NCBI RefSeq assembly: GCF_006345805.1
Contig: NC_043009.1
Span: 26,784,001-26,848,000, forward strand
Length of the DNA: 64,000 nt
Direction of reading: 5' to 3'
Source: Octopus sinensis
Taxonomy: Eukaryota
Below, one piece after another: positions 13,865-25,563 of the stretch; position 1 is the first letter of the stretch; every line of letters begins with the position of its first letter. The notes beneath the pieces were generated by a model. That model did not search any database, was not told where the DNA came from, and was given only the letters and a program-made list of their open reading frames with translations. A program made the position numbers and the translations under genes.

Positions 13865-16469
13865 CAGTAGCAAAATGGTAGAATCCTTAGCACACTGGAC
13901 GAAATGTTTAGTTCTCCTTAAAACAGAAAGCCCCAGGATGGCCAAAAGAAACCAACTTTTAACCAAGATGCAAATAGTGGACTATCATCATCACCACCAC
14001 CATCATCATCATCGTTTTCTGCTGTCCACATCTTCCATGTTGGCATAGAGTGGACAAGACTTACGGAGCCAGTACTCAATAGCCAAATATCCTTCCAGTT
14101 GCAAACGCTTACCATTTTTCTCCCACCAATTGCCATGTTCTTTATTCTGCTGCTCTTCACATGAAACTGTCAGTTTCATCCCATTTCCTGGGCATTTTCC
14201 AAGCCAAAAGTCATTTTCTTTACCCAAGGGTCTTGGGGCCATATTTTGTGATCAAAATTAGTTGGACAGAAACTGTAAAGAAATCCATTGGATGGATTGT
14301 ATCTGCAATCCAAAGTTACAGCCTTGTCACTTACTGTGTCGTGCTGTTTCAGCTAGAGAATGACATTAAAAGATACACATGTCTGTGGAATATTCAGCCA
14401 CTTACACAGGAGCAGGTAATTCAGTAAATCAAACTGAATCTTCACCAGCATCACCACACAAATGGAGGCAAATCGCAAAATAATAAAAACAAAACAAAAG
14501 TTAATAGAACATACACAATGAATGTATTAGGCTGACTCTCAGTTTAAGATGGGAAAAAAAGAAAAAAGAGTGTGTGACATTTTGAGCATGGCTCTTCATC
14601 ATAAAGAAGGTAGATCCAGAGAGAAGGGCAAAACTGTGCAAGAAAAGCGTGTTTGGTCACATGGTCTATTACAGAACACTCACACAGATCTTGTACAGCC
14701 TTCAGGTCATGAATTGGAGTATCCAATTCTTGGATTTCCCTACACTGGATCATGCTACACCATTGAATTGCCTCAGAGTAAATCGTTTTTGTACCTTTGA
14801 TTTTATGCGCCCCAGCATGGTCGCAGTCTAATGATTGAAACAAGTAAAAGATACATACATACATATACACACACACAAATATATATATATATATATGTGG
14901 TGAAGCAAATTTTTTTTTGCTGAACCCTAATTATAATTATACTCAAAATTATAAAAAAAATATATATATACATACACACACCAATTACTTGGGAAGAAAA
15001 GATACTATCATACTGATGTGTACATAAAATGGGAAAGAAAAGTGGGTCTCACTGTAACAATATTTCAGAGCAGGATGCCCCTGGGAGCTCCTCTATGCTG
15101 ACGACCTTGCTCTAATTGCTGAGTCACTATCAGAACTAGAGGAGAAGCTTCAGGTGTGGAAACAAGGATTGGAATTGAAGGGCCTTAGAGTCAACCTAGC
15201 TAAAACCAAAGCCCTAATAAGTAGGAAGGCACCAAACCACAAATCCCTTCAGGTAGATGGCACTGCTCGATCTGTAGAAAAGGCATAGGTAGAAACTCTA
15301 TAAGATGTACCCAGTGTAAGCTATGGACACATAAGAGGTGCAGCAATATCAAAGGAAGGCTAACTAGGAAGATAGTTTTTATATGTGGCAAATGCTCAGG
15401 AGCAATAAACACTGAAAATGTGCAGAAAACAACTTCCGCCACATTCCAAGGAGAAAAACTAGTAGTTGATAGCTTCCGTTACCTAGGTGACCAAGTCAGT
15501 AGCGGGGGAGGGTGCACTGAAAGTGTAGCTGCTAGAATAAGAATAGCCTGGGCAATGTTCAGAGAGCTCTTATCTCTGCTGGTGACAAAGGGCCTCTCGC
15601 TCAGAGTAAAAGGTAGACTGTATGACCCATGTCAAGACAGAGGTTGGCACACCAGTCTGACCCATGCCAGTATCCAGAAACAAATATCAAAATGATAGCA
15701 ATGTTGAAAGATCAAAGAAAATAAAAGGGAAGGGAATAGAAAAAAGAAAAAGGGGCTATACAAACGTTTTGATTTAATGGTACGTGATGACATTTGCATA
15801 AATATCACCATATATTCAAGGTACTGCAGGTAACAGGCTTTAGTCTCTCTCGCGGGACTTCCCAGTGGAGGCAATGATGTAAGACGCTCCAATACAGAAG
15901 AACAATATCTGCAACAAAATTATAAAACATATGGAATCTATATGTACATATATGCATAAGGCTTCTTTCAACAAACCATAAACTCTACAATATCACTGAG
16001 CACTCATCTTGCATTTTTTTGTTGTTTTTACTGCATTTTATCTCAAGATTTCTTCCTGTCTAAAGGGCTGACATTTTAAAAATACACAATTATCACATGA
16101 CCTTCCAATATTAATTTACAGTTGAAGCATTTTGAAAAATTTAGTAGAAATGCTTCTTTATAATTAAGCTGCTGTTTGGGACATAAATTAGCATGAAATA
16201 TTGATGGAACATATTAATTTAGTATCAATCCAAAACAAGGAATTTGTACCACAGAATTAGGGGCAGGCAAAATAGTTACATTTTTAAAAATGGTCTGGGA
16301 AAAGTTGGTATATTAGGTGCCAGTGTGGATGTGTGGTAAGATGCCACTGCATGGCACCTTGGGCAAGTGTCTTCTACTATAGCCTCAGGGAGACCAAATG
16401 CTTGTTAGTGGATTTGGTAGACAGAAACTGAAAGAAGCTTGTTGTGTATGTATGTGTGTGTGTGTGTGC

Positions 16470-16505
<36 letters not shown>

Positions 16506-19500
16506 GGGAGCCTGTGTTTGTTCCCCCACCATCACTTGACAATCAATGCTGGTGAGCTTATGTCCCCATAACTTAGCAGTTCAGCAAAAGAGACCTATAG
16601 AATAAGGCTTAGAAAAGAATAAGTCCTGGGGTCAACTAAAACTGTGTAAGGCAATGCTCCAGCATGACCACAGTCAAATGACTGAAACAAGTAAAAGAAT
16701 AAAAGAATGTATGTATATATGTATGTATATCTATGTGTCAGTTTATCCACCATCACTTTCACAACCAGAGTTGGTGTGTTTACATCCCTGTAACTAAATG
16801 GTTCGGCAAAAGGGATGACAGAATAAGTACCAGGCTTAAAAAACAAAAAAAATAAGTGCTGGGGTCGATTCATTCGACTAAAAATTCTTCAAGGTGGTAC
16901 CTCAGCATGGCTGCAGTCTAATGACCAAAACAAATAGAAGATATTATATAAAGAGTACTCAATACATATAGAGCACAAAATTGGTAATTCCTCATTTTGA
17001 CATTCTAAATTGTTAGCTTCCTTATTGTATTTAGAGGATAAAATCTCATCAATGACTCAACTTACACATTGTCCCTTTTTAAAGGCTCCAAATCTTCAGG
17101 CTTAAAGTTCAAAATATCTTGGGAATATTCATGTAGACAACCCATTTCTGCAGGACTAATAACTGAAAAATAAAATAGGAAACGGTCTTAGAATTTGAAA
17201 AGACAAATTCCAGCTTTGTCATTGTTTGAGCAAAATAGTAAATGTTGTTGCCATTCCTTGCAAAGATACAACATGAACCAATAAAAGAATGAGAAAAAGA
17301 TATAAATAAAATAAAAAATAATCCTTTCTACTAAAGGCACAAGTTGATTAGATCAACCCCAGTGTTTCACTGGTACTAAATTTATTGACCCTGACTTGAT
17401 CTCAGAATGCATAGACAGATGAAATGCCGTTAAGCATTTTTCTCGGTGTGCTAACAATTCTGCCAATTCACCACCTTAATAACAATGACAACAATAATAA
17501 TAATAATCCTTTCTACTATGGGCACAAGGCCTGAAATTTCACGACAGGGGTGGGAGTCGATTACATCAACCCCAGTACTCAACTGGTACTTAATTTATCA
17601 ACCCCGAAAGAATGAAAGGCAAAGTCGACCTCGGCAGAATTTTTAGAATTGTTCTTAGAATTGGTGTAAGGCTTGAAAAAATTGGGGGAGAGGGTCAGTT
17701 AGTACCACTGATTACATTGATCCCAACAATCAACTGCAACTTTTTTTTATCAACCCTGAATGGATGAACAGCAAAGTTTGCCTCTGGCAGAATTTGAACT
17801 CAGAAGATAAAGCTGGCAGAAATGTTGCTAAGCATATTGTCTGGCAACATTAGGATTCTGCCATTTTGATGCCTTAACAACAACAACAACAACAGCAATG
17901 CTACTTCTACTACTGTACTTCCTATTATCAACCACTTAAAATCAGATATTTTCAAGTTTAGTAACATTTAGAAAAATAAAATCACAAAGTTTTGGAAAAA
18001 AAAATATAAAAAGACATTTCAAACTTACTATCAGAGATATTATAGACATCTTCAGGTGATGTAGCATCAACATTGCAGGGTGGTAACAAACTAGATTCTG
18101 GAGTTTCAGGTTGTGCACCTATAAATGCAAAAGATAAAAAAAAAAAAATTAAAAAAAGGCTATGAATGTGGCTGTTTGGTACGAAGCTTGCTTCCCAACC
18201 ACATGGTTTCGGGTTAAGGCCCACTGCGTGGCACCTTGAGCAAGTGTCTTCAACTATAGCCTCAGGCTGACCAAAGCCTTGCGAGTGGATCTGGTAGATG
18301 GAAACTGAAAGAAGCTCATCATATAAATGTATATGTTTGTGTGCCTGCGTTTGTCCCCCCACCAATGCTTGACAACCGATGTTTACATCCCCCGTAACTT
18401 AGTGGGTTCAGCAAAAGAAACCGATAGAATAAGTACTAGGCTTACAAAGAATAAGTCCTGAGGTCGATTTGTTCAACTAAAGGCAATACTCCAGCATGAC
18501 TACAATCAAATGACTGAAACCAGTAAAAGAATATTGGTTTCAAATTTTGGTACAAGGCCAGCAATTCTAGGGAAGGTAGGGAGGGTAGTTATCTACATCA
18601 TCTCCAGTGTTCAAATGCTACATCAACCCTGAAAGGATGAAAGGCAAAATCGACCTCAGCAGAATTTGAACTCAGAATGTAATGTCAGAGGAAATGTTGC
18701 TAAGCATTTTTTCTGGTACAGTAACAATCATGCCAACTCCCCACCTTCAAGAACATAATCTGGCAGGTGGAAACTGAACAAAGCCTATCATATATACATC
18801 TACATGTATGTGCGTAGTATGCCAGAGAGTCTGTCTCCTTGTCTCAGGGGCGGACTGAGCTGTCAATCAATCAGGCACTGCCTGAGGGCCTGGAGCTCTG
18901 AGGGGCTCACACTTTACATGTTAACTCTACTAAAACACAGTCAAAGAGGCCTGGTAAACAGTTATGCCTGAGGGCCCTTAATATTCTCAGTCTGCCCCTG
19001 CCTTGTCTTGACATAGTTATAAAATGTATGTCATCACCATCATATAAGTGATGTCTGTTTCCAATGTTTTGTGAAAAACATGGGAGGCAATGGGGGGAAA
19101 TATTACCATACTTGGATACAAGTAAGGAGTGGTTTCACTGTTTCTGCTAAATGCCATTCTTATAAAGCTAAATACTATAAATCAACCAAGCTTAGAAAAC
19201 TATTACCTGTGCTGACACCACATAAAAAGAACCCGGTACAAGTGGTTGGTGTTCGGAAGGACATTCAGCTGTAGAAACTATCCCCTAAACAGACAACTAG
19301 AGGATGGTGCAGCTCCCTAGTTTGTCAACTCCTGTCAAACTATCCAACCCATGCCAGCATAGAAAACAGACATTAAATGATGATGATGAGTTTCCCCAAG
19401 TTCCAAGATGAAAATAATAATAATACTGATAAATACCGTAAAAGAAATTTACCAAATAAAACATTTTAAACAGAACATATGGAGCATATTGAATGAGTGA

Positions 19501-22500
19501 ATTTAATTGTACCAAAGCCCTAGCTTTAGAGCACAGGCTCCCAACTGGTGTGCTGCAATATATATGTGTGTGGTATCATGATTGATCATTTAGAGTCAAA
19601 AATACAATTTGATACTATTTTAACAATAAATATTATTGTCATCTCATATTTTGTATTGTTGTCTATACATTTTTGTACTGTCATCTATTTTACGTTTATA
19701 ACATGAACATCAGTGAAATAAAGAAAATTTTTATTACCAATTCCAGGGACAAGGTTTTCTTACACAGATGTTTATTATCCAGAGACACAGTCTTGTTACA
19801 TTGATGTTGAAAAAAAAACTGTCATTTTAGATTTACTAATAGAAGTGCTGTGGATTTCTGAAAGGCTTGGCAAGGATGCCTCAAGGCAGAAAAGGTTGGG
19901 ATAATGTGCCTTAGAGCTTAGTAACAAAGAAGGACAGCACACATGACTTTTGTGCGACCTCTGAGATGAGGTGGGGGCAGGAAGGAGATTCTATTAATCC
20001 TCGGACCAGAGATCACTTCTGACTAGTAGTAATATGAGGGCATGCACTGTAACAGTGCATTGCAACATTCACTATTTGTGGGTGATTCCCTACTATGCCT
20101 GATAGACGATGCTTTTGCATCGCTTAGGTGACAATCCTCCAACCCATGGGTCTGCTCGGGTAGTCATTGTTTGCAAGGGTTTTAGCTGCTTTTTTACAAC
20201 ACACAGAGGAAACACTGGGTCTATTCTTTGACAAGTCAATCCCCACACAGCACTAGAGCAACATGAAATGAAGAGTTTTGCTCAAGAACGCAACACCCTT
20301 CCCAGTCTGGGAACTGAACAAACAATATGATGATCAGGAGTACAACACCTTCACATTTGAATGCTAGTGTACACACCTTCACATTTGAATGCGAGTGTAC
20401 ACACCTTCACATTTGAATGCTTACAATAAATTGAATTCTGCTAAAAGCACCCAAGGGGCATGGATTATGTCCACCACTCCAACTACAAATAGAGGGCATC
20501 TAATAGAGAGCTGCACAGTTTCCATCCACTTAGTTTTAAGGGTCGAGTCAATACAAACCCCTGATTTGAAGACATTTGTTCTAGATGCTGTGCAGTGGGA
20601 AACATATCTGTTAAGTGAACCTCTGGTTATGCTTGTGTCAATATTTGATCAAAATTAATTTAGCGATATCAAAACCTTTACCAAACTTCCTATCAAAAAA
20701 GAGATCCCAACTTACCCTCGACAGGCAAGTCTTCCTTATTCAGAGTCTGATCTAATACACCATCCATTGCTTCATCTAGCATGGTTCCATCAACTATGGT
20801 TTTCTTATAGCTCTCAATATATCGTCGTGATGTCACAGAGCCAAATGCATTAGTCAACATAAGTTTCTGTAAAGAAACAGGAGAAAAAAAAAACACAAAA
20901 TATTTTAAAAAACATCTGATACATATTTTAATTTTCTTTACACTCCCACCTGTCCATTTTTTAAATTTTAATATATTCAAGGTATATAAGAAAGCTGAAA
21001 ATCCACCCCACCCCACCCCAAATAACTTCCTTTTCCAACAGCAGAAAATTCTACTGCAAGCTGGCAACCAACAATATAAAGCCAAGTCCTGTAATGATTT
21101 TGTCATAGAACGCAAATGAGTGATAAAAGGGATTAGAATTTTCTCCCTTACTGCCTTCAAAATGAATGTAAGCGATGTTAGTAGCATTTTTGTGATATCA
21201 TATGCTTCAGTAATGGCAGACCAATGCAGTTCCATGCAGAACTGAGTGATACATGAAGTTATGACTAATATATTTACAGTATTGTATCCATTTAATCAAG
21301 TAAGAATAGGCCAGACAGGTATACAAACTGAGACGTTTTTCTTTTATTCTTTTACTTGTTTCAGTCATTTGACTGCAGCCATACTGGAGCACCACCTTTA
21401 GTCAAACAAATCGACCCAAGGACTTATTCTTTGTAAGCCTGGTACTTATTATATTGGTCTCTTTTGTTGAACCACTAAGTTACAGGGACATAAACATACC
21501 AACATTGGTTGTCAAGCGATGGTGGAGGGACAAATACACAAATATATACATATATGGTGGTCTTCTTTCAGTTTCCATCTACCAGATCCACTCACAAGGT
21601 TGTGGTTGGCCCAAGGCTATAGTAGAAGACACTTGCCCAAGGTGCCATGCAGTGGGACTGAATCCAAAATCATGTGGTTGGGAAGCAAGCTTCTTACCAC
21701 ACAGCCACAAGGTAAACTTTTATGCAAGTAATCTTACAAGCAGTATGTGATTTTTCTCTTCACGCTATCTTTGCAACTCTACTAATTAATTAATAATAGA
21801 AGGTAAAAGTTACAAACCTGTTCAACTGCAGACAAACCTAAAGTCTCTGAAATATCTTCATCTTTTGTTTGTGTTTCTGAAATAGAGAATTGAAGAGAAA
21901 TTTTATTAAAGACCAGGAGGTGTTTCAGATGGGGTGGAATAAAAAAGGGTAAACAACTCAACTCTGAAACTGAACTAAGTTACCTGGGAATTTAGGCTGC
22001 AAATCAAATATTTCCACATCACATATTTGCATTTTCCCTGTAGTTTTGTTTAAAACACCAACATAATGTCTGCAAGAGAGGGGAAGATATTATTATTATA
22101 AGCAAATGATATTCAAGACAGTATAATGATTGGAATATACTCAAAAGAAAGTACATGGCTGTGCAGTTTTTTAGTCTGTCTCATCATGGACTACTAAACC
22201 TCTCAAATGTGGATGTTATTATAAAAATGCATTCAGTACACACTGTAAAACAGTTGGCAATATGAAGGGCATCCTGCCATTGAAACCAAGCCATAAGACA
22301 TATACAAGCATGAGCTCTATGGAAGCAACAGTTCCCACTAATGAGTTGGATTGAAAGGACTTGATGAAGCCATTCCACCACGGGGAGTGAGAATAGAATG
22401 ATGATGAAATTAATGTAAGAAGTTTGCTAAACTCACTTGTACATTTCAGAAGAGTCAGATTTTTCCCCACTGAAGTTGTCACCAACATAGCATATTGAGT

Positions 22501-24814
22501 CTGTCTTCCCAACCTGGAAAGTTAATGATTTAATTACAAAACAATTTAAACTAGTGACACCTACATAAAATTAAACATTTTATAAATATTCATATTTCTT
22601 AAAAAAATGAGATAATTGCTTGTAAAACTTTTAAGAAATGCAGGTGTTAATTGAAAAATATAAGGTGATACAATATCTGTAGCTTCGTCTTTCATTCACT
22701 GACTTAATTCACAAAAACTCACCTTTATTATAGTGATTGGCCCACTTTGTAAAGTGGTTAGCATTTGGAAGAACATCCAGCTATAAAAATCATTCCAAAG
22801 CAGAGCTTGTTGTTGCTAGTTCCACATAAAAAACGCCCCCAGTCATCTCTATAAAGTGGTTGACATTAGGAAGGGCATCCAGCTGTAAAAACCATGTCAA
22901 AACAGATAGTAGATATCAGTGCAGTCCTCTGGCTTGCCAGCTCCTGTCAAACTGCCCAAACTCTGCCAGCATAGAAGGTGGGTTTTAAATGATGATGACG
23001 ATTAATTTGGTCGACATGACTAAAGTCTCTGAGCCGAGACTGTTTGGTCACGTTGCTTGGTTTTTCAAGTTAGACCTTGTTAACAGTGATCTCTTCACTG
23101 AGAATCCAGTTGGGCTGACAACTTTTGTTGATCGACCACATGCCACATGGTCATGACAGACGAGGAGGTATGTTGTGGAGATGGAGACTGACTGGGACTC
23201 TGCTTGATGGGTCACCCAGGAGGACTTGGGAATATACCAATAAATGGTGAATGCAGCCACACAATGCAACAATGCATGCCCCACACCTGACCTGAACCTG
23301 CTCCATATGTGGCTGTAGCCATGCCCTTTGCAAGGCCCTTCAATAGCACACACAAATGTAGCTTGACAGATTGGGATATTAAGTTCTTTATAACAACAAT
23401 TCAGAGCCGTGTCACATATCTGATTCACACTACAATACTGATGATAAGATGAAAATATATCCAATCATTAATTTGAGAATAACTTACCAGAATCCTTTTC
23501 CTTTTCCCATTGTAACTCTGAGTTTGTAGGTAAGACAGAAATTTGATCTTCTTGTGCTTTTTTTTCTTAAGTTTTCCATGAGAGAAAGTTGCTGTGTAAT
23601 GTATATAAAAACACAATTAATTTTATATTTAATGTAAGCATGTATTTTTGTAATTATATTTATTTTTCTACAGTGTAATAATTTTATTTCTGTATTAAAT
23701 ATTGTATTGTAGGTGTTGTTATTGCAATTTGGAACTACTATAAAACCTATCCCAGAGATTTACAGTACGAATTCAATCTGGGAGTATATACCGGATTTTC
23801 CAGCATACAAGTCGAATTTTCAGACCAATGATTCCATGTGAAATGCAGCAAGATTTGGGAAGATAGTGATGATGTTTAAATGTTTACTCTACATGTCTAC
23901 AATTTTTCAGGTCGACTTGTATGTCACAAGATACGGAACATATCCAAGACTATCCAGAGGACAATTAGAAACCAAATTTATTGAAGCAAAGAGATTCATC
24001 CGAAATATGGACAATTAAAGTTAATGGTGAAATTGGAAGCAAATTATTACAACTATGTGTCTCATGATACAAAAGCTTTTAAAGACTCGTTTTCCCCTAT
24101 CCTCGGAGGAGACAATGGACAACAGACAGGCTTGGAAAGAAATGATTGTTGCTGCTTGCTATTTGCTGATACGCACCATATTAAACAATATAAGTAATGA
24201 ATGGTTCGATGTTCTTTTTCCCTACATATGACAGATTTGCATCACCATGAAGATATTTATGGCTAAAATCAGTCACAGAAAACTACGGCCCGCAGGACTT
24301 GCTGAATGGTATGCCAACGAAAATTACCTTGAATTTTTTAGTAGTGCGGCCCGCTTTTCGAAAAAGGTTGCCCCTTCTTGGTTAAAATAGAGAGGTATGG
24401 GTATTCTTTCGTTACAAAGAAAGAATACTGAGGTATGTCTCTGAACAGAGGAATAATTATAAGATTGGGACAACCAAGAGGAAGTCTTCCAGAAACAGTA
24501 ATGTTTCAACGATTAAGCTATACATATGTCTAATAATGCTTTTAAAGTATAAAATTCATAATTAACAAAGAGAATAATGTTTGACTTAAAATATAAGTGT
24601 CAATATTGACTCAATGTTTTGATGTTTACATTCCCGGTGAGGAGATAATCATAAATGAAAGATTCAATCGCTAAAAAAAGAATTTACAAAAAAGTCTTTA
24701 CATAAAATATTTAAAGCTAAATAAGATAAATGGTACGAATAAAGCAAGAAATATTGCTTATATTTATAAATTACCAATTGTTAACGTCGGACGTTTGTCT
24801 TTCACTTCGAACAT
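9121..24814 (-). CDS. POLR1E: DNA-directed RNA polymerase I subunit RPA49/PAF53, complete, 12 coding exons, 398 aa
   Basis: Exons (minus strand): 24814-24775, 23591-23488, 22513-22437, 22069-21984, 21876-21818, 20866-20716, 18118-18029, 17162-17066, 15908-15766, 13284-13194, 12235-12113, 9256-9121. All introns are GT-AG, phases are consistent, total 1197 nt ending in TAA, AATAAA about 25 nt downstream. A49-family motifs: ATFSHGKL, KTDSICYVGDNF, HYVGVLNKTTGKMQICDVEIFDLQP, LTNAFGS..SRR, LLPPCNVDATSPEDVYNISD, DKLLLHILILLLIIDNF. Exon 1 (MFEVKDKRPTLTI) is the least certain. Confidence 0.92.
9340..9820 (+). mobile_element. Family B interspersed repeat with (GAT)n tail (SINE or RTE-LINE 3' end)
   Basis: Core ggcacgtaaaaagcacccactacactc...ggaagggcatccagctgtagaaac...catgctagcatggagaacggacgttaaacgatgatgatg. 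Other copies at about 19200-19390, 22850-23000, 32390-32575, 46010-46180, 51540-52040, 56240-56600 and 62180-62460 (+), and 28920-29090, 30100-30280, 34985-35140, 41040-41230 and 45700-45930 (-). Confidence 0.8.
10350..10610 (+). mobile_element. Penelope-like (pLTR-type) repeat fragment with a hammerhead-like motif
   Basis: Homologous to 48430-48710 (ctttctgt.gaagag.gtaggct.gaaac...tttcctgagcg..atactaatac...) and flanked by (CT)n/(TA)n. The Penelope assignment is inferred from the motif only. Confidence 0.5.
11720..12010. repeat. Very AT-rich degenerate minisatellite next to a (TA)n tract
   Basis: Recurring aaattctatatgatataaat-like units. Confidence 0.6.
15060..15625 (+). mobile_element. 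RTE-clade LINE reverse transcriptase fragment (truncated, frameshifted) in POLR1E intron 9
   Basis: Translation: GCPWELLYADDLALIAESLSELEEKLQVWKQGLELKGLRVNLAKTK (YADD motif); frameshift; WHCSICRKGIGRNSIRCTQCKLWTHKRCS...CGKC (PHD-like); then FRYLGDQVSSGGGCTESVAARIRIAW. Confidence 0.92.
18845..19000. mobile_element. 156-bp hAT-type MITE with perfect 8-bp TSD
   Basis: TIRs caggggcggactgag / ctcagtctgcccctg (14/15); TSD CCTTGTCT at 18837-18844 and 19001-19008. Confidence 0.88.
19532..19908. mobile_element. hAT (Charlie-like) MITE
   Basis: Imperfect TIRs cacaggctcccaac / gttgggataatgtg; TSD CTTTAGAG / CCTTAGAG. Confidence 0.65.
20345..20420. repeat. 28-bp tandem repeat, about 2.7 copies
   Basis: acaccttcacatttgaatgc(t/g)agtgtac starts at 20345, 20373 and 20401. 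Confidence 0.9.
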
Positions 24815-25563
24815 TTTGAGAGATTGAAACCATGTGGCATCAAGGATTAATGGGCATTAGGCTTTAATGTGGAGGTTTGCTATAGACCACTTTAATACAG
24901 GCACCTAATAGAATTGAGAGGAAACTTAAAAAAAAAATAATAATAATAATTTACCAGATTAGTTAGAAACTAATTCGGCATTTGTTTAGCGTCGATATCA
25001 TTTACATTTGACTGCGGCGATGCTGGAGCACTGCCTTGAAGGGTTTTTAGTCGAACTTTAAATTAATATCTCGAGATGAAAACCATAATTTATATATGTT
25101 CGAGTGAATGTATTTTTCGCTTGTAAACAAGATTAACGTATTTAATTGCGATTATTATTGTTTGTGTGTGTGGGTGAAAGATTTACTAAAGAAAACTGGG
25201 GGGAAAATGCAATTGAAGTACTTAAAGTTGCATACATAACATAGTAGTCAACTTTATTAAATATATAAGTATTTCACAAATATTTGGTAGCACTTATGTA
25301 GGTCATTCTAATTTTTATTGTTAATTAAAAAAATAAGTAATATATATCAATTTTAATACATAAACAAAACACAATTCCCAGAACGTCCACTGTGTGACAA
25401 TGGTTCCGGAGTCGTCAGACAATTATCACTATTCGTATTCCCTCTCCTTCCTGTGTGGAGGTCGCGAATCGTTGTTTTGGAGGACAGTTCGTCGCCCTCG
25501 TCTATAGTGGAGCTTTCTTTTTCCTTCACACAAATCCATCGGTCACCCTTATAAAAAAAAACC
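24815..25563. promoter_or_regulatory. Putative bidirectional promoter / 5'UTR region shared by POLR1E (-) and NDUFC2 (+)
   Basis: The two ATGs point away from each other with 749 bp between them. There is a CpG-rich patch at about 25380-25550 in otherwise AT-rich DNA. TSS positions are not determined. Confidence 0.65.

Noticed and set aside
21003-21019. G-quadruplex candidate (GGGGT)3GG on the POLR1E sense strand
   Set aside because: The fourth tract is only GG and the motif is isolated; expected by chance in low-complexity intronic DNA.
20867-21330. 180-aa ORF 20693..21235 reading through POLR1E intron 5 into exon 6
   Set aside because: A canonical acceptor at 20867 and exon 21876-21818 complete the A49 alignment. 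The intronic part looks instead like a decayed hAT dimerisation-domain relic on the + strand (low confidence).
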